The notes: generated from the sequence alone by a model not told the origin. DNA of 64,000 nt from Candidatus Poseidoniaceae archaeon (GCA_045568435.1 JBJLBB010000001.1:357291-421290), one strand, 5' to 3'; shown: positions 20,274 to 30,822, numbered from the stretch's first letter. Numbers and translations: made by a program.

Positions 20274-21606
20274 ATGGCATGGTGGATTTACTTGACCGCC
20301 CTTTTGGCAGGATATGTGCTGATAATCATCATTCTTTCGATTAGGTTTCCAGAAAAGTATCTTGATTGGGAAAATATTGATTGTAATGATTATCAATTCC
20401 CAACGAATTTCACATGGGGAGTTGCAACCGCATCACATCAAATCGAGGGCGATAATACCAATAATTGGTCCGATTTTGAAAATCAAAAAGGTTTGGAGAA
20501 AAGCGGTTCTGCTTGCCAACACTGGATTAGATGGAAAGAAGATTTCCAATTGATTGAAAATTTAGGTGTAAGTTCATATCGATTATCTATCGAATGGAGT
20601 CGTATTCAGCCAAAAAAAGGTGAATGGAATCAGGCAGCAGTTGACCAATACAGTGAAATGATCGATGATTTAATTTCTCGAAACATTAAACCAATGGTTA
20701 CTTTACATCACTTTTCACATCCAATTTGGTTCGAAAAAATGGGTGGTTTCACCGACAGAGAAAATATCGAATTATGGGTTGATTATTGCCTACGAATATT
20801 TGAACAATTAAATGACAAGGTTAGTGACTGGTGTACTGTCAATGAACCTGAGGTATTCTCCATCATGGGATATCACATGAAGATGTTTCCACCTGGTGAG
20901 GGTTCTGTTTTCAAAACAATCCGTGTGATGAAGAATATGATTTATGCACACTCATCACTCTATCCCAAATTGAAATCTATCAATCCACAAGCAAGAATTG
21001 GTTTGGCTAAGAATGTAACATTATTTGACCCGCTGAAAAGATGGAACTTACTACACTGGATTACCTCGAGTAGCACTGAACTACATTTGGAATGGTGCAA
21101 TAATTTCTGCCCTAAAACGTGGAAGAATGTTCGGCTCAAAAATTGAAAATGCAAAAAATTCCTTCGACTTTATCGGTTTGAATTATTACACGCACGTACT
21201 GGCTAGCCCATTCTTACCACAATCAACTGAAATTGATTTGCCTAAAAGAAAACATGAGGTCATGACCGAATTCGGGTATACCATGTATGCTGAAGGATTG
21301 GAACGTGCAGTAAAACTAGTTTCGAAACTAAATGTACCGATAGAAATTACCGAGAATGGAGTTGCAGATTCTGACGATAATCTTCGCCCAATACACTTGA
21401 AAAGACATATATGGCAACTATCTAAACTAATTTCTGAAGGTCATGACATACGCTCTTACTATCATTGGTCTTTGATGGATAATTTCGAATGGGCGGAGGG
21501 ATATAAGTTGAGGTTTGGATTATATCATGTTGATTACAAGACTCAAAAAAGAACTCTGAAACAAAGCGGTATTGATTATCAAGAAATTATTAAATCAAAC
21601 CGCTGA
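20274..21606 (+). pseudogene. GH1 family beta-glucosidase/beta-galactosidase with N-terminal TM anchor, split by a frameshift at about 21035-21130 (ORFs 20274..21146 and 21127..21606). A sequencing error is possible.
   Basis: GH1 N-terminal signature FTWGVATASHQIEGD, acid/base NEP in CTVNEPE, nucleophile ITENG in the second ORF, DFIGLNYYT. The second frame reopens right after a TGA at 21034-21036 next to an A4 run. Confidence 0.75.
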
Positions 21607-21648
21607 AAAAATGTTGGGAGTTAAGAGTGAAGAGCACTTGGACATCTC

Positions 21649-22679
21649 ATGGCGCAGAGTGGTACTGAAGTCAAGAAAATCTTCGTGACCGGAGTTAATG
21701 GCCATATTGGCAATAATATTGTTCGTGACCTTTTGGAAAACGGATACTACGTCAAGGGTTCAGTCCGCTCTCTTGATGACCCTAAAAAAGTCGACCATGT
21801 AAGGCAGCATGCAATAGACCTAAAATGCCAAGATATGTTGGAATTAGTCGAAGGAGATATCCTTGATGCTGATGGTTGGAGTGAAATGATTTCGGGGTGT
21901 GATTCATTATTTCACACCGCTACGATTTATTCTAACACCGATGATGGACAACTGATTATTGATACTGCTATCAAAGGAACTGTTCACCTTCTAAGCGCTG
22001 CCAAAACCGCAGGGGTAAAACGTGTGATTTACACCTCCAGTATAGCCGCAGTAGGAAATACTCCCAAAGGCCGAGAAAAGACCGAAGCAGACTGGCAAAC
22101 CGAACGGGATTCTCACCATATACTGTTGCCAAAACTGAGTCGGAGAAACGTGCATGGGAACTAGCCGAATCACTCGATCTAGATTTACGAGTCATCAATC
22201 CCGGTGCTGTTCTTGGAGGCAGTTTTGCCAGTCCAACCCCTAGTGTAGAGTTTTTCCCAAATATAATCTCAGGAAAAGTCCCAATGGCACCAAAGATTCC
22301 CATACCGATAGTACATGTCAAAGACGTGGCTAAAGCTCACAGAAGAGCATATGAAGTCGATGAGGCTGAAGGTAGATTTATTGTTGCACCGCACAAGAAT
22401 TTGACATTCGCAGATGTTTGCAAGACAACAAGAAAATTATATCCAAACAGTAAGGCAACAAGAATTGCAATTCCTCGTTCTCTGATGTTCCTTGCTGTTT
22501 TGTTCGACTGGATTAGTGGGATGAAAAGCGGTAAGCGTATGATGACTAGGAAGCGAGCCAAGGGATTGTTCAAGGGTGATTCAAATCTTTCATCCGATAA
22601 AGCGACAAAGGTACTTGGAATTCAGTGGGAGAGCCTCGAATCTTGCATCAAAGATTCTGTTGAAGGCTTCAACTTGTAA
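21649..22679 (+). pseudogene. NAD-dependent epimerase/dehydratase (extended SDR, cinnamoyl-CoA/dihydroflavonol reductase-like) interrupted by a frameshift near 22100-22116 (ORFs 21649..22164 and 22284..22679)
   Basis: Rossmann motif VTGVNGHIGNNIV, RVIYTSSIAAV in frame 1. The downstream frame, traced back to 22116, reads PYTVAKTESEKRAWELAESL...RVINPGAVLGG (the catalytic Y-x3-K motif) and continues into the second ORF. Confidence 0.7.
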
Positions 22680-22929
22680 TCCCTTCAGCGGCAATATCTG
22701 AACTAGATTCATCTTTACTCCATCTTTTCTTAAGAAATTTGAACAGGACTCTTGAAAATACCATTGAACACATCAAGAATACTATTGAAACCCAAAATGG
22801 GGTTTTATCACTGGTTGCCAAAAACCATGTCACAACCAGTATACCGGCGCCATATACGGCTCTAAAGGCTGAAAAAATCAAAAGAGAGCGCACTACAGGA
22901 TTCGACATTAAGTCTTGAAATTTGGACAT
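22669..22929 (-). CDS. Small hypothetical membrane protein
   Basis: 86-aa ORF with two hydrophobic helices; no homology recognised. Confidence 0.3.
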   Translation of the reverse strand: MSKFQDLMSNPVVRSLLIFSAFRAVYGAGILVVTWFLATSDKTPFWVSIVFLMCSMVFSRVLFKFLKKRWSKDESSSDIAAEGITS

Positions 22930-22947
22930 TTCAATCTCACTTTAATT

Positions 22948-23637
22948 TCAATCCATTGCAGTGGCATTGTAGATCATTACTGGCATTATAGGAATATCAT
23001 TTTGTCCAGTTGCAACCTCTGAAATTTCTGTCACATGTTCACAACCATCGGTAATTACACCAAATACAGTATGAACGCCATCCAACCATGTATGTTTGTA
23101 GATATCATCAGGCATTAAGAAAAATTGAGAACCACCGGAGTTTGGAAATGAGGTTTTGGCCATAGAAATTGTACAAGGTAAATGGGTCAGTCCATTATAT
23201 GCTTCATCAGGAACATTCCAAGATTCTTGATTAGGACAATCACTCTGATTTACATTTATGTCTCCATTACAAACTCCAAACCATGCAGATGCATAACCGC
23301 CTGTACCATCATGATTTTCGAAGTCACCACCTTGTATCATGAAATCATCCATAATCCTATGGAAATGTGTCATATTATAATTTCCAGCAAGCACATGCCC
23401 TCTGAAATTATCAGAGTGAGCTGGAGCAGCCGTGTGATTAAGCATGATTGTAATCGAATAGTTCGCGGTCGCATTGGCTAAACTTTCCCCATTGAAAATA
23501 TTGAATGTAACATTACTTGATTCCAAGTCTGAAGTGTAGGGATCGTCTAATACCTCCATTATTGAATTCAGTTCTTCCTCTGTAATACACCCTGGCATCA
23601 TAACTATCAATACAATCATCAAAACTTGTATACGCAT
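22948..23637 (-). CDS. Secreted cyclophilin-type peptidyl-prolyl cis-trans isomerase
   Basis: FHRIMDDFMIQGGDFENHDGTGG cyclophilin signature. N-terminal hydrophobic signal MRIQVLMIVLIVMMPGC (start chosen at 23637 to avoid overlap with the divergent gene; ORF track start is 23679). Confidence 0.8.
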   Translation of the reverse strand: MRIQVLMIVLIVMMPGCITEEELNSIMEVLDDPYTSDLESSNVTFNIFNGESLANATANYSITIMLNHTAAPAHSDNFRGHVLAGNYNMTHFHRIMDDFMIQGGDFENHDGTGGYASAWFGVCNGDINVNQSDCPNQESWNVPDEAYNGLTHLPCTISMAKTSFPNSGGSQFFLMPDDIYKHTWLDGVHTVFGVITDGCEHVTEISEVATGQNDIPIMPVMIYNATAMD

Positions 23638-23712
23638 ACTCTCACTGAGCATGTCCAAATGGCACCCAGCACTTATCAATTAAATGATATAGTTCTAACC
23701 TTTGCGAATGCT

Positions 23713-25836
23713 ATGGATAAGAAATTAACACTTGCCGTAGTTTTGATGATGTGCCTTGCTGGATGTATGAGGTCTGTTGATGACAGTATAGAAATACCAT
23801 GGTGCAATGATGACCCCGATATGAAGGGAATTGTCAATATGAGTGATACTGATGATGATTTATGTACAACTAAAGATACTGTGAAGAATGCTATTGTAGA
23901 TTTTATTGATCTTATCGAAAATGGCCCTGAAGAAAATATTACAACTCCTGTTGGATACACAATGACGGTATCAGAGGTCTCTATTGACGGAAATATTTGG
24001 ACATACTATGAAACAACAATCATAGGGCCAAATGGATTTAAGATAACAATCGAAGATAATTACGGCAATGATAGCCAAATTTTGGACTTTATTTCAGAGG
24101 GAACTCAAGTCCAAGTTTCTCAAATAATTAATGGTGAATCAACCCAAATTCGCATGAATAACACTAATTCCCATGATAAAATAATGGATTCCATATTTGG
24201 ATTTGACGACGATATGGATGATGGAGATTCCAACGTCAATTGCCATTCAACATGTGGCGAATGTGATGGTTCTGGCGAGAATGACTGTTTAACTTGTAGT
24301 GATTCTACTGCAATGCTATCTGATGATGACGGTGATGGTGCTGGAATGTGTTTAGAAAAACCTGACACATATTGGGCAGACCAAGCCTACCAACTAAATG
24401 GTTCACAAGAGCATTATGACCGTGTTATGAATGCATCATTGGAAAATAGAGAGGCAGAATATCATGTTTTACGAGACGAACTGGGAATGGATGACCCAAT
24501 CGCCGAAGATTATACTGAATATTATGACCCCCTATCCATTGAAATAACTGGATTTACAAAAACCGATTCAGGAATGGTATTTCCGGGAATAATTAGTTAT
24601 GCTGGTTCTCCATATGGAGAGATAGAAATCTATTCAGATTTGTCGTTTAAGATCACTGGATTTACCATGGTAGATATCAATGATGAACGAAACTTTGTAA
24701 CATTTTCACTCATAAGTGGCGGTGATACAATCGTCGATATGAGTTTGAAGCAAGATGCAATACCATTTACACTACATGAAGTCGATTCGATGAGTGAGTC
24801 TGAACAAATGGGATTGTTAACCGTGTCAATGTTTGACTTAGATGGTGATGGCAAAGTTACGGCCTTAGAACAGTACTACTATTCCTGTACCATGGCAGGT
24901 TTGACACTCGCTGAATGTCAAGCAGAAGAAATTGATAATAGCACATTAGCAATTTATCAAGTAAATATCGATTCTGTCGATTTGAATATGGATGGTTTTG
25001 CAGATAAATCTGAATTTACGCGTAACTATGAAGTCATTCAATATGTATCTGAAAATGGTGGTTGTATTTTGATGATAGAGAATTATTATCGATATGATAT
25101 TTCGATTGCAGAAGTTGATTGTACGGATGACGATATGATATGGACTCCTGCGGACGTGACCGAGGAAGAAGAGCGTGAAGAATTCAATGGCAATTGGGCA
25201 GAATATGAAACCACTAATTGGTCGTGTAACTGGGAAATAGAGGAAGAAGATGGGTACACCTACACATACTGGGACTGCCAAGATATTCGCGACCCACCTC
25301 AGGATACCGGTGATAATGAGTGGCATTATTGTGAATATTATGATGACCTAGAAACACATTACTGTACCAATGGATTTGGCTCGGAAGGCAATGATAGCAA
25401 TGGCGAATGGAGCAATTCTGGCACATTCACTCATTGGAGAGATGGAACCGACCCAAGGTATGACAATAATGATGAAGATTTGGAAGGGACCATGATTTCA
25501 TTTGAGATAAATTCTCTAATTACTGGTTTAGAAGGAGATATGAATGATTACAACCTCACCATAGCAAATTGTACAGGTGGCACTCACGATGAGAATGGTT
25601 CGTTTATGATGATGGTTTGTGAACCCGATTCGGTGTCTTCTATGCTGAATTATTGGATCGATGACGAAGCATTATTCTTCTTTGATTTAGATAATAGTGG
25701 AACTATTTCTAGTGGAGATGTAATTGCATTTGAATATTCATTTATCAGCCAACTAGATGAATCAATGCAACTCAGATTATATTCTATCGAAGCTGAAAAC
25801 CACTGTGACCAAAATCCTTTGATGAATCAAGGTTAA
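23713..25836 (+). CDS. Secreted/lipoprotein-like, highly acidic Cys-rich protein with Ca-binding-like DxDxDG loops
   Basis: Signal/lipobox MDKKLTLAVVLMMCLAGC (start at 23713; the track ORF begins at 23626). D/E-rich; Cys cluster CHSTCGECDGSGENDCLTCSD; DLDGDGKVTALE and DLDNSGTISSGD resemble EF-hand/dockerin Ca loops. Confidence 0.55.
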   Translation: MDKKLTLAVVLMMCLAGCMRSVDDSIEIPWCNDDPDMKGIVNMSDTDDDLCTTKDTVKNAIVDFIDLIENGPEENITTPVGYTMTVSEVSIDGNIWTYYETTIIGPNGFKITIEDNYGNDSQILDFISEGTQVQVSQIINGESTQIRMNNTNSHDKIMDSIFGFDDDMDDGDSNVNCHSTCGECDGSGENDCLTCSDSTAMLSDDDGDGAGMCLEKPDTYWADQAYQLNGSQEHYDRVMNASLENREAEYHVLRDELGMDDPIAEDYTEYYDPLSIEITGFTKTDSGMVFPGIISYAGSPYGEIEIYSDLSFKITGFTMVDINDERNFVTFSLISGGDTIVDMSLKQDAIPFTLHEVDSMSESEQMGLLTVSMFDLDGDGKVTALEQYYYSCTMAGLTLAECQAEEIDNSTLAIYQVNIDSVDLNMDGFADKSEFTRNYEVIQYVSENGGCILMIENYYRYDISIAEVDCTDDDMIWTPADVTEEEEREEFNGNWAEYETTNWSCNWEIEEEDGYTYTYWDCQDIRDPPQDTGDNEWHYCEYYDDLETHYCTNGFGSEGNDSNGEWSNSGTFTHWRDGTDPRYDNNDEDLEGTMISFEINSLITGLEGDMNDYNLTIANCTGGTHDENGSFMMMVCEPDSVSSMLNYWIDDEALFFFDLDNSGTISSGDVIAFEYSFISQLDESMQLRLYSIEAENHCDQNPLMNQG

Positions 25837-25846
25837 AGTAAAATTA

Positions 25847-26227
25847 CTATCTTGCTTCAAGATAATATGCAGTATTGATAAGTGCTGCAAATGAGATCCA
25901 AGCAATGTATGGCCAAACTAATTGAGATGCTTTCTTAGCCTTACTGTAAGTCATGTAGGCATAGAGAATAGTGAAAACTATCATCAATACCAGCATCAAT
26001 AATGATGTTAGATACTTTTCTGAATTGAAAACATCGACCCATGAAAGGTTAAGCGCAAGTTGAGAAAAAAATAGTCCAAAGATTAGATATGGTCTTGAAA
26101 ACTCTGACCTTTTCTCATATGCCATGGTAAAACTGATTGCAAGTGTCGTATACAATACAACCCATATCGGACCAACAATCCATCCTGGTGGTTGGAAAAA
26201 TGGTTCATACTCTGAAGTAAATGTCAT
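25847..26227 (-). CDS. TspO/MBR (tryptophan-rich sensory protein) family membrane protein
   Basis: PPGWIVGPIWVVLYTTLAIS and WPYIAWISFAALIN match TspO TM1/TM5 consensus; 126 aa, short for the family. Confidence 0.65.
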   Translation of the reverse strand: MTFTSEYEPFFQPPGWIVGPIWVVLYTTLAISFTMAYEKRSEFSRPYLIFGLFFSQLALNLSWVDVFNSEKYLTSLLMLVLMIVFTILYAYMTYSKAKKASQLVWPYIAWISFAALINTAYYLEAR

Positions 26228-26382
26228 ATGTTCGCCCTAAATTCACGTTTTGATAATTATTAATAAAACCCAGTTATATCCTTAATAATTTGTTCTTAGT
26301 AATTATTGATGCAAGATTAAGCCTCAATCAGACCATCACCTGGGGCGATGAGTCAGTGCAATTGTTTAGCAGAATTGCTTAA

Positions 26383-27789
26383 TCAGGCTTGGTTGCTATT
26401 GTAAGCAACACCATCTGTCCAAGTTGTGCTTGACCATGTAGTGCCTGTAAAATCAGCATTGGTAACAGTAGCTCCATCGAAGTTCGCATTGGTCAAGTCG
26501 GCAGATCTGAGGTCCGCATCGGTCAAGTCGGCAGATCTGAGGTCCGCATCGGTCAAGTCGGCTCTGTATAGGTCCGCATCGGTCAAGTCGGCTATGTATA
26601 GGTACGCATTGGTCAAGTCGGCTCTGTATAGGTACGCATTGGTCAAGTCGGCTTCGTATAGGTCCGCATTGGTCAAGTCGGCTCTGTATAGGTCCGCATT
26701 GGTCAAGTCGGCATATCTGAGGTACGCATCGGTCAAGTCGGCATATCTGAGGTACGCATCGGTCAAGTCGGCTCTGTATAGGTCCGCATCGGTCAAGTCG
26801 GCTCTGTATAGGTTCGCATCGGTCAAGTCGGCATATCTGAGGTACGCATCGGTCAAGTCGGCATTACTGAGGTGCGCATTAGTTAGGTTAGCCTCACCAC
26901 AATAGCCATTGCATTCATTGTAATCAAGCCTATTGAATTTGGCTTTTTGTAGGTAGGTATCGTTCATTCCTGTATGAATAAACGTGGCATTAAATGCAAC
27001 AATCGAGCGTAAATCCGCACCGTCCAAAGTAGCATAGTCGAAGGTCGTGTTCTGTAGATTTGCTCCACGTAAATCAATTCCAGTCAAATCCATTCCGCTC
27101 AAATTCATGTGACTAAGGTCAGTGCCAGCACAGTAAGCATAACGACCCAGTTGACAACTTGTTGCATTTGCTAGATCTGATTCTAATGCAAAGATAGCAT
27201 CCCACACCATTGAAAGGTTATTTTGTAAATCAATTACATCAAAGTTAATCTGTGTGAACCAAGAATAATATAATTGGATGGTGCTATCAACACTAAGCAA
27301 ATCACTTTCAATTTCGCTGATATTTGACAAAAGGATAGACATGTCTTGATTCATAGCCAGCAATTGTTGTTCTAAGTCATCCATCATTGTCTCATTTGCT
27401 GCTTGACCGTCCATACCAGGCTCCCCTTGTGGCCCAGTATCTCCAGCTGGTCCTTGTGCTCCATCTTGTCCATCAGCACCTGACTCACCTTGAGGGCCTT
27501 GTTCGCCAGCCAGTCCTTGAGCACCATCAGCACCCTTGATATCAATAAATGACCAACCAGTGGTCAAGCATACTTCGAAAGTTTCAATATTAGCCACGTA
27601 ATATAACCTGCCTAAAGTATCAGAGTTACAGTTAGGTAAATCATTACCTGAATCGACCATATAAACAGTCCAATCATCTAAGGTTTCAACAGGGTCTTCG
27701 TCGGAGTCATCATCGTCACCACCAAAACATCCAGCAAGGGATAAGGTAGCCATCATTAAAGCAAACAGTACTGCATTCAAACGCTTCAT
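26383..27789 (-). CDS. Lipoprotein with a collagen-like Gly-X-Y tract followed by a long pentapeptide-repeat domain
   Basis: Signal + lipobox MKRLNAVLFALMMATLSLAGC. 15 consecutive G-X-Y triplets (GADGAQGLAGEQGPQGESGADGQDGAQGPAGDTGPQGEPGMDGQ). At least 25 pentapeptide units A(D/N)LT(D/N)A(D/Y/N)L(Y/R)(R/S/Y) at the C-terminus. Confidence 0.8.
   Translation of the reverse strand: MKRLNAVLFALMMATLSLAGCFGGDDDDSDEDPVETLDDWTVYMVDSGNDLPNCNSDTLGRLYYVANIETFEVCLTTGWSFIDIKGADGAQGLAGEQGPQGESGADGQDGAQGPAGDTGPQGEPGMDGQAANETMMDDLEQQLLAMNQDMSILLSNISEIESDLLSVDSTIQLYYSWFTQINFDVIDLQNNLSMVWDAIFALESDLANATSCQLGRYAYCAGTDLSHMNLSGMDLTGIDLRGANLQNTTFDYATLDGADLRSIVAFNATFIHTGMNDTYLQKAKFNRLDYNECNGYCGEANLTNAHLSNADLTDAYLRYADLTDANLYRADLTDADLYRADLTDAYLRYADLTDAYLRYADLTNADLYRADLTNADLYEADLTNAYLYRADLTNAYLYIADLTDADLYRADLTDADLRSADLTDADLRSADLTNANFDGATVTNADFTGTTWSSTTWTDGVAYNSNQA
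26491..26880. repeat. 13 tandem near-identical 30-bp units (coding the decapeptide pentapeptide-repeat pairs)
   Basis: Units ggtcaagtcggc(a/t)(g/t)(a/c)t(c/g)t(g/a)(a/t)ag(g/t)(t/a)(c/g)cgcat(c/t) start every 30 nt from 26491 in the sequence. Confidence 0.9.
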
Positions 27790-27890
27790 AAACCAATTTA
27801 AGAGTGATTATTACATAATCTTTTGCTTGGGTTTAAGTAAGTGTAGTGAAAAACATTCTATTATAACCTCGACAATTTGTTATTGAAATT

Positions 27891-30808
27891 ATGCGAAAGA
27901 ATGTTGTGTGCTTGATAATGATACTACTAATGGCTTCCAGCCTACCGATTAATACCAGTGCTGGACCTAGTGATGATATACCCACAAACGCTCAAGGTAC
28001 AGGCGTACATGATACATTAGTTGAATTACTTACAAAAGCGGATTTGGTTACAACTTTACAAGGAACCGGTCCATTTACTGTATTTGCTCCAACTGATACT
28101 GCATTTGCTAACGCAGGAATTGACCCAGCGAACTTTAACACTCAGCCTGAAATTGATGCATTGACTGATATTTTACTCTACCATGTTGTATCTGGAGAAG
28201 TTCCTTCTTCAGCGGTTACAGATGGTATGCTTGCAACCATGGTAAATGGAGATAAAATTAAACTTGAAGTTTCTAATGGTGTTGTGACTCTAGATGGTGC
28301 TACGGTTACCAGCGCAGATGTACAAGCATCCAATGGAATAATTCATGTTATTGATAGTGTATTGACTCCTCCAGTTGACATACCTGCTACAGCCCAGACA
28401 ACCACGATTCATGATTCACTTGTGGCTGCGGTAATTCAAGCGGATCTACTCTCTACACTACAAGGAACTGGACCATTCACTGTTTTTGCTCCAACTGACC
28501 AAGCATTTTCCGATGCTGGAATAAATTTAGCAGACTTGAACACTGCTGAAGGAAAAGCCATACTTTCCGACATATTGTTGTATCACGTAGTCTCATCAGA
28601 AGTACCATCTTCTGCGGTTACTGATTGTATGTCTGCAGATGCAGCAAATGGTCAACCATTATCGTTTACTGTTGGCAGTGGAGTAATGGTTAACGATGCA
28701 AATGTCACGATTGCAGATGTAGTCAGCAGCAATGGTATTATTCATGTTATAGACAAAGTCCTCACCCCTTCAGATACACCGAATGATATTCCTCGAACTG
28801 CTCAATGCACAGGTATCCACGATACTTTGGTCACCGCTGTAATTCAAGGAGGCCTTCTAGAAACTCTACAAGGTGAAGGACCATTCACGGTTTTTGCACC
28901 TACTGACCAAGCCTTTGCTGATGCAGGAATCGACCTTGCAGCAGTCAGTCAATCCGACCTTGCGGACATCTCTGACTTACCACGTTGTTTCAGGAGCTGT
29001 TCCTTCAACTGCTGTCACTGAATGTATGTCAGCAGATACTGTTAACGGAAACCCGCTATCATTCTCTGTAGGTTCTGGCGTAATGGTAAACGATGCTAAC
29101 GTTACTCTGGCTGATGTCAACACCAGCAACGGTGTAATCCATGTTATCGACAAGGTACTCTTGCCAACCGCAACTCCAAACGACATTCCACGAACTGCTC
29201 AATGTACTGGAATTCATAATTCTCTAGTCTCTGCAGTCATTCAAGCAGAGTTACTTACCACACTTCAAGGAGAAGGACCGTTTACTTTGTTTGCTCCAAC
29301 AGACCAAGCATTTACTGATGCAGGAATCGATTTGGCTGCTCTAGATACTACTGAAGGTAAAGCTGCGCTTTCTGATATTTTGCTTTACCACGTTGTACCA
29401 GGAGTTGTCCCTTCTTCTGCAGTCACTGAATGTTTGTCGGCTGATGCTGTAAACGGGCAACCATTGTCATTTACTGTCGATGGTGGAGTTATGGTTAATG
29501 ATGCAACTGTGACCTTGGCTGATGTAAACACTAGTAATGGAGTCATACATGTCATCGACAAGGTACTAACTCCTTCAGACACACCAAATGATATTCCTCG
29601 AACTGCTCAATGTACAGGTATACACGATACATTGGTCACCGCTGTAATTCAAGGAGGGCTTCTCGAAACCCTACAAGGTGAAGGACCTTTCACCGTTTTT
29701 GCACCTACCGACCAAGCCTTTGCTGATGCAGGAATCGACCTTGCAGCAGTCAGTCAAGCCGACCTTGCGGATATTCTAACTTACCACGTTGTTTCTGGAG
29801 CTGTTCCTTCAACTGCTGTCACTGAATGTATGTCTGCAGATACTGTTAACGGAAACCCGCTATCATTCTCTGTAGGTTCTGGCGTAATGGTAAACGATGC
29901 TAACGTTACTCTGGCTGATGTGAACACCAGCAACGGGGTAATCCATGTTATCGACAAGGTACTCTTGCCAACCGCAACTCCAAACGACATTCCTCGAACT
30001 GCTCAATGCACTGGTATTCACGACACTTTGGTCACTGCTGTAATCCAAGCAGGTCTCTCTAGAAACCCTACAAGGTGAAGGACCATTCACAGTCTTCGCT
30101 CCAACCGACCAAGCCTTTGCCGATGCAGGTATCGACCTTTCAACACTAAATCAGAGTCAACTTTCAGATATATTGTTGTATCACGTTTTAGGCGCTGGTG
30201 TCCAATCATCTGTAATCACTGACGGAATGGAGCAAACCATGGTTAATGGGGATAATGTGACATTCTCAACAACAGCTGGTGTTATGATTAATGGTGCTAA
30301 TGTCACCTTAGCAGATGTTGCAACCAGTAACGGATTTATTCACGTAATCGATAAAGTTTTGATGCCACCAGAAGAGATGGTTGAAGACTCTACAGATGAT
30401 TCGGAGAGTTCCTCTGATGATGATTCTGGAACTTTGATTTGGATTATTGTAGGAATCATTCTAGTTCTTGGTGGTGGAGCAGGTACCGTTCTATTCCTAA
30501 GAAATAGAAATTCTACCGCTGGTGAGTCGAAAGATTTCGCTCTTGGTGGTCTATTGAACCAACTACAACCTGTAGATGCCTCACAATATGCGTCTCCACA
30601 AGTTCAACAAACACAACAAGTTCAACCAGTGCAACAAGCACAGACTATTCAGCCTGTTCAAACTGTTGAAATTATTGAACAACCAGTAGTAGTTGCTGAA
30701 GCAACGGTCATCAACCAATGGACTGATGAAAACGGATATACATGGCGTTCAATGAGTGATAATAGCACATTGTGGTGGAATGGCACAGAATGGCAAAAAT
30801 ATGGTTGA
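27891..30808 (+). pseudogene. Multi-FAS1 (fasciclin) domain cell-surface protein with C-terminal TM anchor and Q/P-rich tail; reading frame broken twice (about 28966-28975 and 30051-30062). Sequencing error or true pseudogene.
   Basis: Eight FAS1 units, each with TLQG(T/E)GPFTVFAPTD(Q/T)AF, LLYHVV, and SNG(I/V)IHVID. Signal peptide MRKNVVCLIMILLMASS. Both breaks are +1 nt relative to the near-identical paralogous repeat copy (compare 28961-28980 with 29761-29779, and 30047-30062 with 29650-29665). TM LIWIIVGIILVLGGGAGTVLFL at 30440-30510. Confidence 0.75.
28780..30015. repeat. Tandem duplication of a ~435-bp two-FAS1-domain block inside the fasciclin gene (copies ~28780-29215 and ~29580-30015, about 95% identical, 800-bp period)
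   Basis: Direct comparison of 28781-29220 with 29581-30020 shows only scattered substitutions and the single-base indel. Confidence 0.8.
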
Positions 30809-30822
30809 AATAATATAATTAC

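Noticed and set aside
26491-26880. Regular 30-bp direct repeats that could be mistaken for a CRISPR array
   Set aside because: Units are contiguous with no spacers. They are in-frame inside a long ORF and encode pentapeptide repeats. No cas genes are in the window.
26426-26905. 159-aa plus-strand ORF made of repeated SALYRSASVKSADLR units
   Set aside because: It is the antisense reading of the 30-bp tandem repeats inside the pentapeptide-repeat gene; perfect repeats keep any frame open. It has no start context, and the minus-strand gene carries a signal peptide and recognisable domains.
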